A DNA stretch of 64,000 bases from Tannerellaceae bacterium (GCA_051656605.1 JBOGCF010000057.1:307-64306), one strand, 5' to 3'; shown: positions 31,007 to 39,310, counted from the stretch's first letter. The notes: a model not told the origin generated them from the letters alone. Program-made: numbers and translations.

Positions 31007-31978
31007 ATGCAAGATATCATTAAACCTGTTGATGTAGAATTAATCAAGTCAGAACTAACCAGTGACAAATTTCTACGAAAAACAAATAAAGCAAATAACG
31101 AACTATATATCGTAACCCATCATGATTCGCCAAATGTGATGCGTGAAATCGGGCGTCTTCGTGAGATCGCGTTTCGATTCTATGGCGGAGGTACCGGACA
31201 AGAAGTCGACATCGACGAGTACGATACCAATGAAGAGGCTCCATACCGTCAGCTGATCGTATGGTGTCCTGAGGATGAAAAGATCCTAGGCGGTTACCGA
31301 TTTATTTGCGGTAGCGACGTGATCTTCGAGGAAAACGGGCAGCCTTATTTGGCAACCTCACATATGTTTGACTTTTCAGAAGAGTTTATCAAAGACTATC
31401 TGCCACACACGGTAGAGCTAGGTCGTTCGTTCGTAACGCTCGAGTTTCAGTCTACGCTCAACTCCAAGAAAGGCGTGTTCGTACTTGACAATCTATGGGA
31501 CGGACTGGGCGCACTTTCGGTAATCGACCCGTCGCTCAAGTACTTCTTTGGCAAGATGACCATGTACGATACGTATAACAAAGATGCTCGAGATATGGTA
31601 CTTTACTTCCTAAAGAAGCACTTCCCGGATCCCGACAACTTGGTAGTTCCGATTCAGCCATTGCCAACGCAAATGGATATCAACAAGATGGAGGCGCTAT
31701 TCAACAAAGACAACTACAAAGACAATTATAAAGTACTTAATACCGAAGTGCGCAAGTTTGGAATCAACATTCCACCTTTGGTTAGTGCCTATATGAGTCT
31801 TTCTCCTAATATGAAAGTATTCGGTACGGCTATCAACGACGAATTTGGAAACGTAGAAGAGACCGGAATCTTGATCACCATTTGTGATATCCTTGAAGAC
31901 AAGCGTAAGCGTCACATGGAATCCTTCCTGCTCGAAAACGACGACGTACGATCGCTGATCAAAACCAAATTGGTATAA
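31007..31978 (+). CDS. glsB: GNAT/hemolysin-like N-acyl amino acid synthase (GlsB/OlsB-like)
   Basis: 323 aa. Size, pairing and sequence character fit the OlsB-like N-acyltransferase family. Confidence 0.65.
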   Translation: MQDIIKPVDVELIKSELTSDKFLRKTNKANNELYIVTHHDSPNVMREIGRLREIAFRFYGGGTGQEVDIDEYDTNEEAPYRQLIVWCPEDEKILGGYRFICGSDVIFEENGQPYLATSHMFDFSEEFIKDYLPHTVELGRSFVTLEFQSTLNSKKGVFVLDNLWDGLGALSVIDPSLKYFFGKMTMYDTYNKDARDMVLYFLKKHFPDPDNLVVPIQPLPTQMDINKMEALFNKDNYKDNYKVLNTEVRKFGINIPPLVSAYMSLSPNMKVFGTAINDEFGNVEETGILITICDILEDKRKRHMESFLLENDDVRSLIKTKLV

Positions 31979-32007
31979 GCGATTGTAATATACAATATTA
32001 AAAAAAA

Positions 32008-32041
32008 GGCACTTACTAATTAAAGTAAGTGCCTTTTTTTT
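32008..32041 (+). terminator. Rho-independent terminator after the glsB-like gene
   Basis: GGCACTTAC / GTAAGTGCC stem followed by TTTTTTTT. Confidence 0.8.
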
Positions 32042-32314
32042 AGGTAAGTATTTTTAGGATATGTGATCGAGTTGTGTATTGTGATGTTTTGTATTAATTG
32101 TTTTATATATAAATGTTTATGGGTGATTTGTGACAAGATAGTTTTTATGAATATACCGTGTTTTTAGGTGTGTTTCTAGTAGTGTGTAATATAGTTAAAA
32201 TTGTTTACTATTAACTGATTGGCTATATTTGTTCAAGATGCCTATTATTTAGGGGGAATGAATGATGTGTAATGAATGCTAGTATTGCGATATACAGCCG
32301 AATAACTAATAAAA

Positions 32315-33049
32315 ATGATATTGTCAAATTTGTTAATTAAAGATCAGAATTTTAGGTCAAAATCAGCTATTACAACCGAAAAGCTTCGCTCTCGGTTTCA
32401 AGGTTTAGTTTATATGCAGCAGCGGTCTGCAATTTTATTTGTACATAGAGATCAGGAAGTTTATTTTTATAATTATGATCCAGCATTGCAAGCTACTTTA
32501 GGTTCCGACTGCGAAAAGTTTAACTGTGTGCTCCATCTATTTTCAGAAGAAGATCTACAGATTATCAATCAATATATTAAAGTGATAAACTCATATATTC
32601 TAGAACGTATAGATAAAAAAGATCGTCTATCATATTTTACAATAATCGGAAATAACTCATTGACAGACTATGATCGTGGATATGCTTTAAAAATATATTC
32701 AAATGGATATGATAGAGAAGGTTGTCTTGTTTCGACAGTTTGTATTCTCGAAGCAATCGGTTATATAGGAAAACCAATATTACGTCTAGATAAGATTTTT
32801 GAAAACAAATCATTTATTTATTCGCGAGTTTACAAACGTTTTGTAAAAGAAGAGAAGCAAGACCTGAATACGATTGATTTGAAGATTTTGCGCTTGACGG
32901 GAGAGGGTAAAAAAGAACAAGAAATTGCTGATGAATTGTCTATGCCTCTCTCATACTTAAAAAGACAGAAAATTACATTGATGGATAAGATTGACGTGAA
33001 AACACTCGCAGAAGCCATCTTTTATGCGTACAAGAAAGGTCTTATTTAA
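32315..33049 (+). CDS. LuxR-family transcriptional regulator with PAS-like N-terminal domain
   Basis: 244 aa. C-terminal LuxR-type HTH (LRLTGEGKKEQEIADELSMPLSYLKRQKITLMDKI). Confidence 0.75.
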   Translation: MILSNLLIKDQNFRSKSAITTEKLRSRFQGLVYMQQRSAILFVHRDQEVYFYNYDPALQATLGSDCEKFNCVLHLFSEEDLQIINQYIKVINSYILERIDKKDRLSYFTIIGNNSLTDYDRGYALKIYSNGYDREGCLVSTVCILEAIGYIGKPILRLDKIFENKSFIYSRVYKRFVKEEKQDLNTIDLKILRLTGEGKKEQEIADELSMPLSYLKRQKITLMDKIDVKTLAEAIFYAYKKGLI

Positions 33050-33064
33050 ACGATTGGATGAATT

Positions 33065-33829
33065 ATGGAACACGTTCGAAGATATTTTAGGAATTACTTG
33101 CAAGAAATAAGAGAGAAGGATATTCAAGACCGACTGCATATGATGATGGAGTTGCTCTATAGCAGTATTGTAGCCGGAAAAGTAATAGATGTTCCGATAC
33201 ATATTACCGGATTTGACGACTATAATCTATACTATATGTCGCCGTCTTATATGGAACTGTCAGGATATAGTGAAGCCGATGTTTACGCGGGAGGTTTCTC
33301 TTTTTTGTATGATATTATTCTTCCTGAAGATTTAGTTATTATAAAGGAGTTGAAGGCAAACTTGTCGACCAGAAAACTGGGGCCACTGCGTAATGAATTG
33401 CAGTGCGACTATTCAGTTCATTTTAATTATCGAATTCGTCATAAAGATGGCTCGTTGATTCATTTAGAGTGCAGGATGCTGCCGGTTGGTTACTTTAAAG
33501 ATAGACCCAATTTTTTGCTGTGTTATGTTCGCAAAACAGAAGATAAGTTCAAGCGAAAATTTGAAATACATTTTTTTTCGAAGCAGATGTGTTACGTGTT
33601 TGATACACATGTTAATAAGTTTGTGCTTCAAGAGAAAATGATGCTAAAAGAGATCGAAGTTCAGATTCTTGAACTTGTAAGTAAAGGAGCGAGAGAGAGT
33701 ACGATGGTAAAACAAACCGGTTTAGACATCAATATGATCAAGTACCATAAGAAAAATATCATGAAGAAGTTGTCGGTGCAAAGTATGAATGAAGCCCTCT
33801 ACTATGCTCTCAAAAACAATATCTTATAA
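33065..33829 (+). CDS. PAS domain / LuxR-family transcriptional regulator (paralogue of the previous gene)
   Basis: 254 aa. PAS-like core (YRIRHKDGSLIHLECRMLPV) plus a C-terminal LuxR HTH (ILELVSKGARESTMVKQTGLDINMIKYHKKNIMKKL). Confidence 0.75.
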   Translation: MEHVRRYFRNYLQEIREKDIQDRLHMMMELLYSSIVAGKVIDVPIHITGFDDYNLYYMSPSYMELSGYSEADVYAGGFSFLYDIILPEDLVIIKELKANLSTRKLGPLRNELQCDYSVHFNYRIRHKDGSLIHLECRMLPVGYFKDRPNFLLCYVRKTEDKFKRKFEIHFFSKQMCYVFDTHVNKFVLQEKMMLKEIEVQILELVSKGARESTMVKQTGLDINMIKYHKKNIMKKLSVQSMNEALYYALKNNIL

Positions 33830-33944
33830 AGTTAAACCAGTGTCTTTTTTGATGTTTGTACTTTGTTTTTGGAATGATCTATCTGCGAAGAGGAGCTTTG
33901 GTCTCGTAGATAATTTAATACATAGTAATGATAAAGAATAGAAA

Positions 33945-33979
33945 AAGGTTAGCCAAATCTGTAAGATTGACTAACCTTT
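33945..33979. terminator. Hairpin downstream of the convergent LuxR and QueD-like genes
   Basis: AAGGTTAGCCAA / TTGACTAACCTT imperfect stem with T-rich flanks. Confidence 0.5.
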
Positions 33980-34009
33980 GGTCACAAATAAATTTACGTA
34001 TTCTTGCTA

Positions 34010-34573
34010 TTATTTCTGATAACCACACTTAGCACAGTGTCCATCTTCTTCTAGCGAAATACCACAAAGAGGACAACGATCTATGTTATTGTTTGTATCA
34101 AATTCGGCAGATGCAGCATTTACACCACTTGTGAATGTGATTTTAGCGATGTTCAATTTGTCTTTCAACAGATCATATACAATCTTAATCATGCCTTCTA
34201 CAGTCATGGTTTCTTTAGTAACCACAAGGCGAGATTCAGGATAGGCTGTAGCAAGTTCGGTTTTAAAAGCTTCACCTTTCATTGTATTCATCGGGTGTCC
34301 GTTTTTGATCCCTTGTTTTTCGTACACGTCAAGTATAGCTGGCAAAAGTGGATCATCAGATCTAAGGATCAATGCGTGGTCAAAGTTTTTCAATACTTCC
34401 CAAGCTATCTTCTGAATTTCGTTGCAAGGATATACCATGTTAACACCATCATTAACGCTATCTTCTACTTCAATTGTAATGATCCCTGTGTGGCCGTGAA
34501 GGTATTGAGCTTCTCCTTGAAATCCGTAAAAACGATGTGCATATTGCAAATCAAATCTTGTAATACTTCTCAT
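34010..34573 (-). CDS. 6-pyruvoyl-tetrahydropterin synthase / QueD (COG0720) family protein fused to a C-terminal zinc ribbon
   Basis: 187 aa. AHRF and LHGH zinc-ligand motifs and FDHALIL. C-terminal CPLC..x11..CAKC. Confidence 0.75.
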   Translation of the reverse strand: MRSITRFDLQYAHRFYGFQGEAQYLHGHTGIITIEVEDSVNDGVNMVYPCNEIQKIAWEVLKNFDHALILRSDDPLLPAILDVYEKQGIKNGHPMNTMKGEAFKTELATAYPESRLVVTKETMTVEGMIKIVYDLLKDKLNIAKITFTSGVNAASAEFDTNNNIDRCPLCGISLEEDGHCAKCGYQK

Positions 34574-35015
34574 AATATTTTTTGTAAATGTTTTAACTAA
34601 TACTTATTCCTGTCTTTAAAATCCCGGGTGTTTTTGTTTGACAGTGCAAGTTTAAGGCCTTTATTCGGCCCTCGCAAATTGATAATTTTAATACCTATAT
34701 AGTGTTAGACTATTCTCATTGATACACAGTGATATATTTGATTGTTTGAGGTTTTTGAGTATTGAATATTTTTGAAAAGAGTTGTTTCCTGTGTCTCAGT
34801 TCCATCTCTTATCTCATAAAAGTTTGCAGCTATTTAACCTTGTTTCTTCCAGTTCATGATATTAATTGTTATTTGGGATAGTGTGATAAGAAGGTTTGTA
34901 TATAATGTTAATATACTGGATGGATCTGTGAAATAGCCGGACTAAAAGATGAAGTTTATTTCGTCTCTTTGTGTTTTCTAAATTTAATAATTAACGAACC
35001 AAAGGTTTTATCTAA

Positions 35016-35462
35016 ATGTTGGCAATAATCAGAAAGCACGGCGTGTGTATTAGACTTGAAACAGAAAAGAAGATCAGTTATTTGTATTGTGCAGAGTGTA
35101 TGGAAGAAGGGTTTTCAGAAGCGTTCTTGAAAGAATTGGTACAGCTTCGAGATGAAATTTGCGCTAATCTAAATCAACTTATTCTCGAACACAATAAAAG
35201 GTGTCCGCTGCACAGGCGTTTTTCTACCATGGGAATGTATTTAGATGCCCCCGAAAATCAGCAAAGTTTGATAAAGGAAGCCCAAGCTTTCGCGCTACTT
35301 ATTTCAGATGCGATGGACGATGGATCGATCACGAATGGGAAAACTGCGTGGGCAAAGATACTTTCGCGATTAGAGCTGAGTAATGGTACTTTTCTCAAGT
35401 ACAGTACATGGCAAAAATACTTGCAAATGTTTATTTTTGTTTATATTGTTATGAAAGAGTAA
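35016..35462 (+). CDS. Hypothetical protein (orphan, Cys-containing)
   Basis: 148-aa ORF with host-like AT-rich composition and no family I recognise. Contains CAEC and a later CPLH. Confidence 0.45.
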   Translation: MLAIIRKHGVCIRLETEKKISYLYCAECMEEGFSEAFLKELVQLRDEICANLNQLILEHNKRCPLHRRFSTMGMYLDAPENQQSLIKEAQAFALLISDAMDDGSITNGKTAWAKILSRLELSNGTFLKYSTWQKYLQMFIFVYIVMKE

Positions 35463-35510
35463 TAATAAACTGCGTATTTTTATTTTCTCACCCTTTTTTT
35501 ACCTCTTTCG

Positions 35511-35549
35511 AGCCCTATTACTTTAGATATAGTCCAAAGTAATAGGGCT
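35511..35549 (+). terminator. Strong hairpin at the AT-rich/GC-rich junction
   Basis: AGCCCTATTACTTT / AAAGTAATAGGGCT, a 14-bp perfect stem with an 11-nt loop, followed by TT. Confidence 0.55.
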
Positions 35550-35769
35550 TTATCGTATTTGTATAAAAAGCTTAATTTCTGTTTGTGTGATTCGTTATTT
35601 TGTTTATGCTGAGCGAGTTGTGCGAGTGGTGAGGGGAGGATTGCGATGTGTTTCGAAGGCCTTACCTTGCGGTCGTTATCCAGTAGTTCATGGATAGCAA
35701 ATTGTTGATCTTAATTTACACGATGCGTGTACTGTTAACCCTGTTGAAGAATGAACTTAAATAAATACT

Positions 35770-38250
35770 ATGAATCAGAGAAAAGTGTCACTTTTTGCCA
35801 ATTGCAAGCAGAAAGTACAACAAGAAATTACGTTAGAAGAGGTACGAGCGCGTGCCGGTGAAGCAAAGCACATGCAGGTGATTAAACAAATTGAAGCTGC
35901 CGCAAGCAGGGGAGATAAAGACGAGGCCGATCGGCTCAAACGCACGCTGCCGGCCGTGGTGTTTGGAGGATTGTTTCGGGGAGGTCATGCCGTGAAGAAT
36001 CTCGTAGCAGGGAGCGGTTTGTTGGTGCTCGACTTCGACAAGCTCACGCCGGAACAGGTAGAAACAGCCTTGCGCATTTTGCGAGAGCAACCCTCGGTGG
36101 TGATGGCCGCGCCCAGTCCTACGGGCAGAGGGATCAAAGTGGTGGTATGTACCGATCACGACCCTTCGCGCCATCCGGAGGTATTTGCCTATACCAGCCA
36201 ATACTTCGAATCGTTGCTGAATCTCACTGTAGACCAAAGTGGAAAAGACATCTCTCGTCTGTGTTTTCTGTTTTCGATCGAAAAGCTTCATTACAACGAG
36301 CATGCACAACCGCTCGACTTGTCGCAGATCGGAACGTGTGCCGCAGTAGCACTTCCGGTAGTGAAGCCTCCGAAAACAGACCCTTCGGAAGTGGTAACCG
36401 GCGAATCGGGTCCGACTACAGAGGGTGGAAGGATCAAAGGGATTCCCACTCATGTGATGCGCAAGTTGCGCATGAGTACCGGAAATGCAAGCAGCGTGGG
36501 TGGTTCCTTGGGCGAGCTGGCCGACGATTTTATCGCCCTGCAATGGCGACGCAGCGAAGCACTCAGCATACACCTTGAGTCGAGAGCTTGCTTCAAGGAC
36601 GGCGCACGCAATGAGTTTGTATTCAAGTTTGCCTGCAAAGCCTGCCAATGCGGAATTCCGCGCCCCATTGCCCAAGCCTGGGGCGAAGAACGCTATGGAA
36701 GTGAAACCTTCAAGTCGGGTGAGGTGATCTCTGCTTTTGGCAGTGCCTATAGTAGCAATGAAACGCTTTTTGGCAGGGATTCGGACCGACTGCAACAGGC
36801 CGCTCAGGCGTTGCACAACCTCCCTTTTGGCGAAGGCGGAGTCGGGGGCGAAGGAGAAGCTCTACCCACGGGCGACGAGTTGTATGAGTACACACCCCTG
36901 CTGCCCGATACCATCTTTGAGAAGTTGCCGCAATTTTTTCAAGATGCCGTAAAGCCACAGCGCAGCAGCAGGCAGCGCGATATCATGCTAGCCTCGGCAC
37001 TCACGGTGGTAAGTGCCTGTATGCCCGGAATTACCGGTCTTTACGATGGTTGCGAATACAGTCCGCACCTCTATTTCTTTATCGTGGCAAAGGCTGCCAA
37101 TGGTAAAAACATGGCTTCGCAGCCCTTCAAGATGGCGCGTCATTACGTGAGCATTCTCAAGACCGAAAGCGAACGTAAAATAGCTCAGTACACCCAAGAC
37201 AAAGCCAATTACGATGCCTATTGCCTGCAAATGAAAGCCGAGCGTAAGCCGGTAGATACCAGTCGCGAACCCATCGAACCCAACCCGGTGATGCCGTGGA
37301 TACCGGCCAACATCAGCCGGGCGATGTTTATCAAGCAAGTGGTTTACAACGGTCGCCTCGGGTCGTTTGTGTTGGAGACAGAGGCAGATGCCTTGTCGGT
37401 CAATAAGAGTACCGACTGGGGCGATCTCAGCCTGCTGCTTCGTGCCGCCTTTCATCACGAACGCATCTCGATGGCTCGCAGTGGCGACGGCAAAAAGGAT
37501 GGTTTCGAGGAGATCGACGAACCCCATTTTGCCATCTTCGTTACCGGCACGCCCGACCAGTTTGTCCGTCTCATGGGCGATGCCCAAAACGGTCTCTACA
37601 GCCGCTTTTGCATTTATACCTATAGCGAGCGCGAAGGGTGGCATGATCCGGCACCGTCGTCGCAGGGGGTAAACTTCAAGCAATACTATTCCCGCTTGAG
37701 CGAAACCATGGCGCAATATGCCTTTTTCTCGCGCGAACATCCGGCACAGTTTCATTTGACCGAGTCGCAGTGGCGACGTTTCAATGCCGAGATGGAACCG
37801 CTGCTCGACAAAGCGCAGGACTTTGGTTTCGAAAACGAACCCAGTGTGGTAAAGCGTCTCGGACTTATTTTATATCGCGTGGCAATGACGCTGAGTGCCG
37901 TGCGCCGTGCCGAGCGTGAGATAGGCAGCAGTGAGTTTTACTGCAACGACAACGATTTTGAGTCGGCACTGGCCATCAGCAGGGTCTGTTTGGAGCACAG
38001 TAAACTAATGCTTTCGGGCTTCAAGGTGCAAGATAAGTTTTCGGGCGGTCTCAAAAAAGGAGTCAGCAGTGCCGAAGAGATCCTCGCCAAACTCCCCGAT
38101 ACCTTCAGTAAGAAAGACGTTGTCGAGGTGTATAAAGAACTCGGGAAGTCGGTCTCTACCGCCCGTCGGTTTTTAGAGAACTCCGTCAAAGAAGGACGAA
38201 TCATCAAAGAAGGTCGTGGTACCTTTCAAAAGGTAGGTTCAAAAAAATAA
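35770..38250 (+). CDS. VirE_N (BT4734-like) / DUF3987 primase-helicase-like replication protein
   Basis: 826 aa. The N-terminal ~180 aa match the BT4734-like/VirE N-terminal pattern (LPAVVFGGLFRG...LLVLDFDKL). Then a low-complexity linker, a large DUF3987-like C-terminal region and a terminal winged-helix-like tail. Confidence 0.75.
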   Translation: MNQRKVSLFANCKQKVQQEITLEEVRARAGEAKHMQVIKQIEAAASRGDKDEADRLKRTLPAVVFGGLFRGGHAVKNLVAGSGLLVLDFDKLTPEQVETALRILREQPSVVMAAPSPTGRGIKVVVCTDHDPSRHPEVFAYTSQYFESLLNLTVDQSGKDISRLCFLFSIEKLHYNEHAQPLDLSQIGTCAAVALPVVKPPKTDPSEVVTGESGPTTEGGRIKGIPTHVMRKLRMSTGNASSVGGSLGELADDFIALQWRRSEALSIHLESRACFKDGARNEFVFKFACKACQCGIPRPIAQAWGEERYGSETFKSGEVISAFGSAYSSNETLFGRDSDRLQQAAQALHNLPFGEGGVGGEGEALPTGDELYEYTPLLPDTIFEKLPQFFQDAVKPQRSSRQRDIMLASALTVVSACMPGITGLYDGCEYSPHLYFFIVAKAANGKNMASQPFKMARHYVSILKTESERKIAQYTQDKANYDAYCLQMKAERKPVDTSREPIEPNPVMPWIPANISRAMFIKQVVYNGRLGSFVLETEADALSVNKSTDWGDLSLLLRAAFHHERISMARSGDGKKDGFEEIDEPHFAIFVTGTPDQFVRLMGDAQNGLYSRFCIYTYSEREGWHDPAPSSQGVNFKQYYSRLSETMAQYAFFSREHPAQFHLTESQWRRFNAEMEPLLDKAQDFGFENEPSVVKRLGLILYRVAMTLSAVRRAEREIGSSEFYCNDNDFESALAISRVCLEHSKLMLSGFKVQDKFSGGLKKGVSSAEEILAKLPDTFSKKDVVEVYKELGKSVSTARRFLENSVKEGRIIKEGRGTFQKVGSKK

Positions 38251-38271
38251 AATCTCAGTTTATCGAAAATA

Positions 38272-38311
38272 ACGGGTGTCGGGCGAAAGTCCGATACCCG
38301 TCGTTTTTTTT
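38272..38311 (+). terminator. Rho-independent terminator after the primase-helicase gene
   Basis: ACGGGTGTCGG / CCGATACCCGT stem (one G-U pair) followed by a T-run. Confidence 0.8.
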
Positions 38312-38444
38312 AGCTTATTGTTCTTTTTCGATTATAAATCGAGTCTTTACCCTACGCAAAACAGTGGATTGCCGGGTATAGGTTTTCCTGAGTTGCCAGT
38401 GGTTTTATCGGATTGCTAACATAGTGGATTTCGGAAAATGGAGA

Positions 38445-38843
38445 AGTGGTCAAAATGTCTGTGAATGGTCACGAATGACCACTTTGTGACCACTTGTTAA
38501 ATGGTTGTTGGTTAGGTGTTAGGGTGGTGTTTTGGAGGTGAAGTGGTCACATGACCACTCTCTCTCTTTTAGATCTCGTGTTATTCGTATTTTTCATATC
38601 ATATCAATTATATTATCTAAATAATATATGTAATCAGATGAAAGGAAATGAGGGAAATTAAAAAAAGAAGAGGGGGCACAAAATGACCACTTTTTTGACC
38701 ACTTCCCGGTTTTCGAAAAGAAACGGATGTGGGGGCTTGTGGTAAGTAGCTGATGTGTAGGTGATAACTTCGATGGGGGGCTTTGCTTTTGTAAAGAAGC
38801 AAGTGGTCATCGTGTGGCCATTTATGACCACTCAATGACCACT
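38445..38843. repeat. Iteron-like array of TGACCACT / AGTGGTCA octamers
   Basis: Perfect copies: AGTGGTCA at 38445, 38542 and 38802; TGACCACT at 38476, 38487, 38552, 38684, 38696, 38825 and 38836. Degenerate copies at 38363, 38398, 38423, 38464 and 38813. Confidence 0.85.
38581..38680. other. AT-rich spacer between the iteron modules (candidate DNA-unwinding element)
   Basis: About 100 bp, almost entirely A/T (ttattcgtatttttcatatcatatcaattatattatctaaataatatatg...), inside an otherwise GC-rich island. Confidence 0.55.
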
Positions 38844-38846
38844 GTA

Positions 38847-39077
38847 TCACGGAGCACCGAGGATGTTGACAAAGCAGGCAACCACCTTGGGCGGTAGTAT
38901 CTTCATGTACGGGCGCCAACCTGCGGCAAGAAGTGCGTCGCGAAGTCCGGGCGTGCTGTTTATCCAGCGCCCCAGTGCTTTGGTGGCCATCAAAGGCGCA
39001 CTGCCGATAAAATAAAGTTGTGCTAACTCGGTAAAGGCATAGGCCCTGATGCGAAAAGGTTGTTCGTCGTTTTTCAT
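38847..39077 (-). CDS. DUF4248 domain-containing protein
   Basis: 76 aa. Pattern FRIRAYAFTELAQLYF...WINSTPGLRDALLAAGW...ILPPKVVACFVNILGAP fits DUF4248, a family that co-occurs with DUF3987 and HU-like genes in Bacteroidales. Confidence 0.8.
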   Translation of the reverse strand: MKNDEQPFRIRAYAFTELAQLYFIGSAPLMATKALGRWINSTPGLRDALLAAGWRPYMKILPPKVVACFVNILGAP

Positions 39078-39129
39078 GTTCTTAGATTTTTAATACACTT
39101 AAATATACGAATAATGTATTAATAATCAA

Positions 39130-39262
39130 AGCGGTAAGCTGTTTTTGTTTTGAGAAAAGCATGCCTGCTTTTTCCAAAAACTTAGCAAGGTTTCTCCAAG
39201 AAGCAAGCAAGCTTTTTCGAGGAACCTTGCATGCTTTTAGAGGGAGCTTCGCAAGCATTTTG
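39130..39262. repeat. Degenerate tandem units of about 21-23 bp, locus B of the dispersed family
   Basis: Five to six units, each a purine-rich head, a GCA/TGC-containing mini-palindrome and a T-run. Examples are AAAAGCAtgccTGCTTTT at 39155-39172 and GAACCTTGCATGCTTTT at 39222-39238. Confidence 0.5.
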
Positions 39263-39310
39263 GGGGGGACGTTATTCTTTTTTTCTTGTCGGTATTGGGT
39301 TGTAAGAAGA

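Noticed and set aside
35833-36816. 327-aa ORF antisense to the primase-helicase gene, with similar cases at 36988-37755 (-, 255 aa) and 36147-36578 (+)
   Set aside because: The products are Arg/His/Cys-rich and low-complexity, and the ORFs lie fully inside a well-supported 826-aa gene. Shadow ORFs like these are typical of GC-rich DNA.
38617-38919. 100-aa minus-strand ORF across the iteron/AT-rich region
   Set aside because: It runs through the repeat array and overlaps the 3' end of DUF4248 in another frame. The sequence is repeat-driven (HQ/PH-rich), so it is unlikely to be coding.
39130-39262. Possible CRISPR array or minisatellite
   Set aside because: The units are only about 21 bp and degenerate, with no repeat/spacer alternation and no cas genes. 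I report them as a dispersed repeat family instead.
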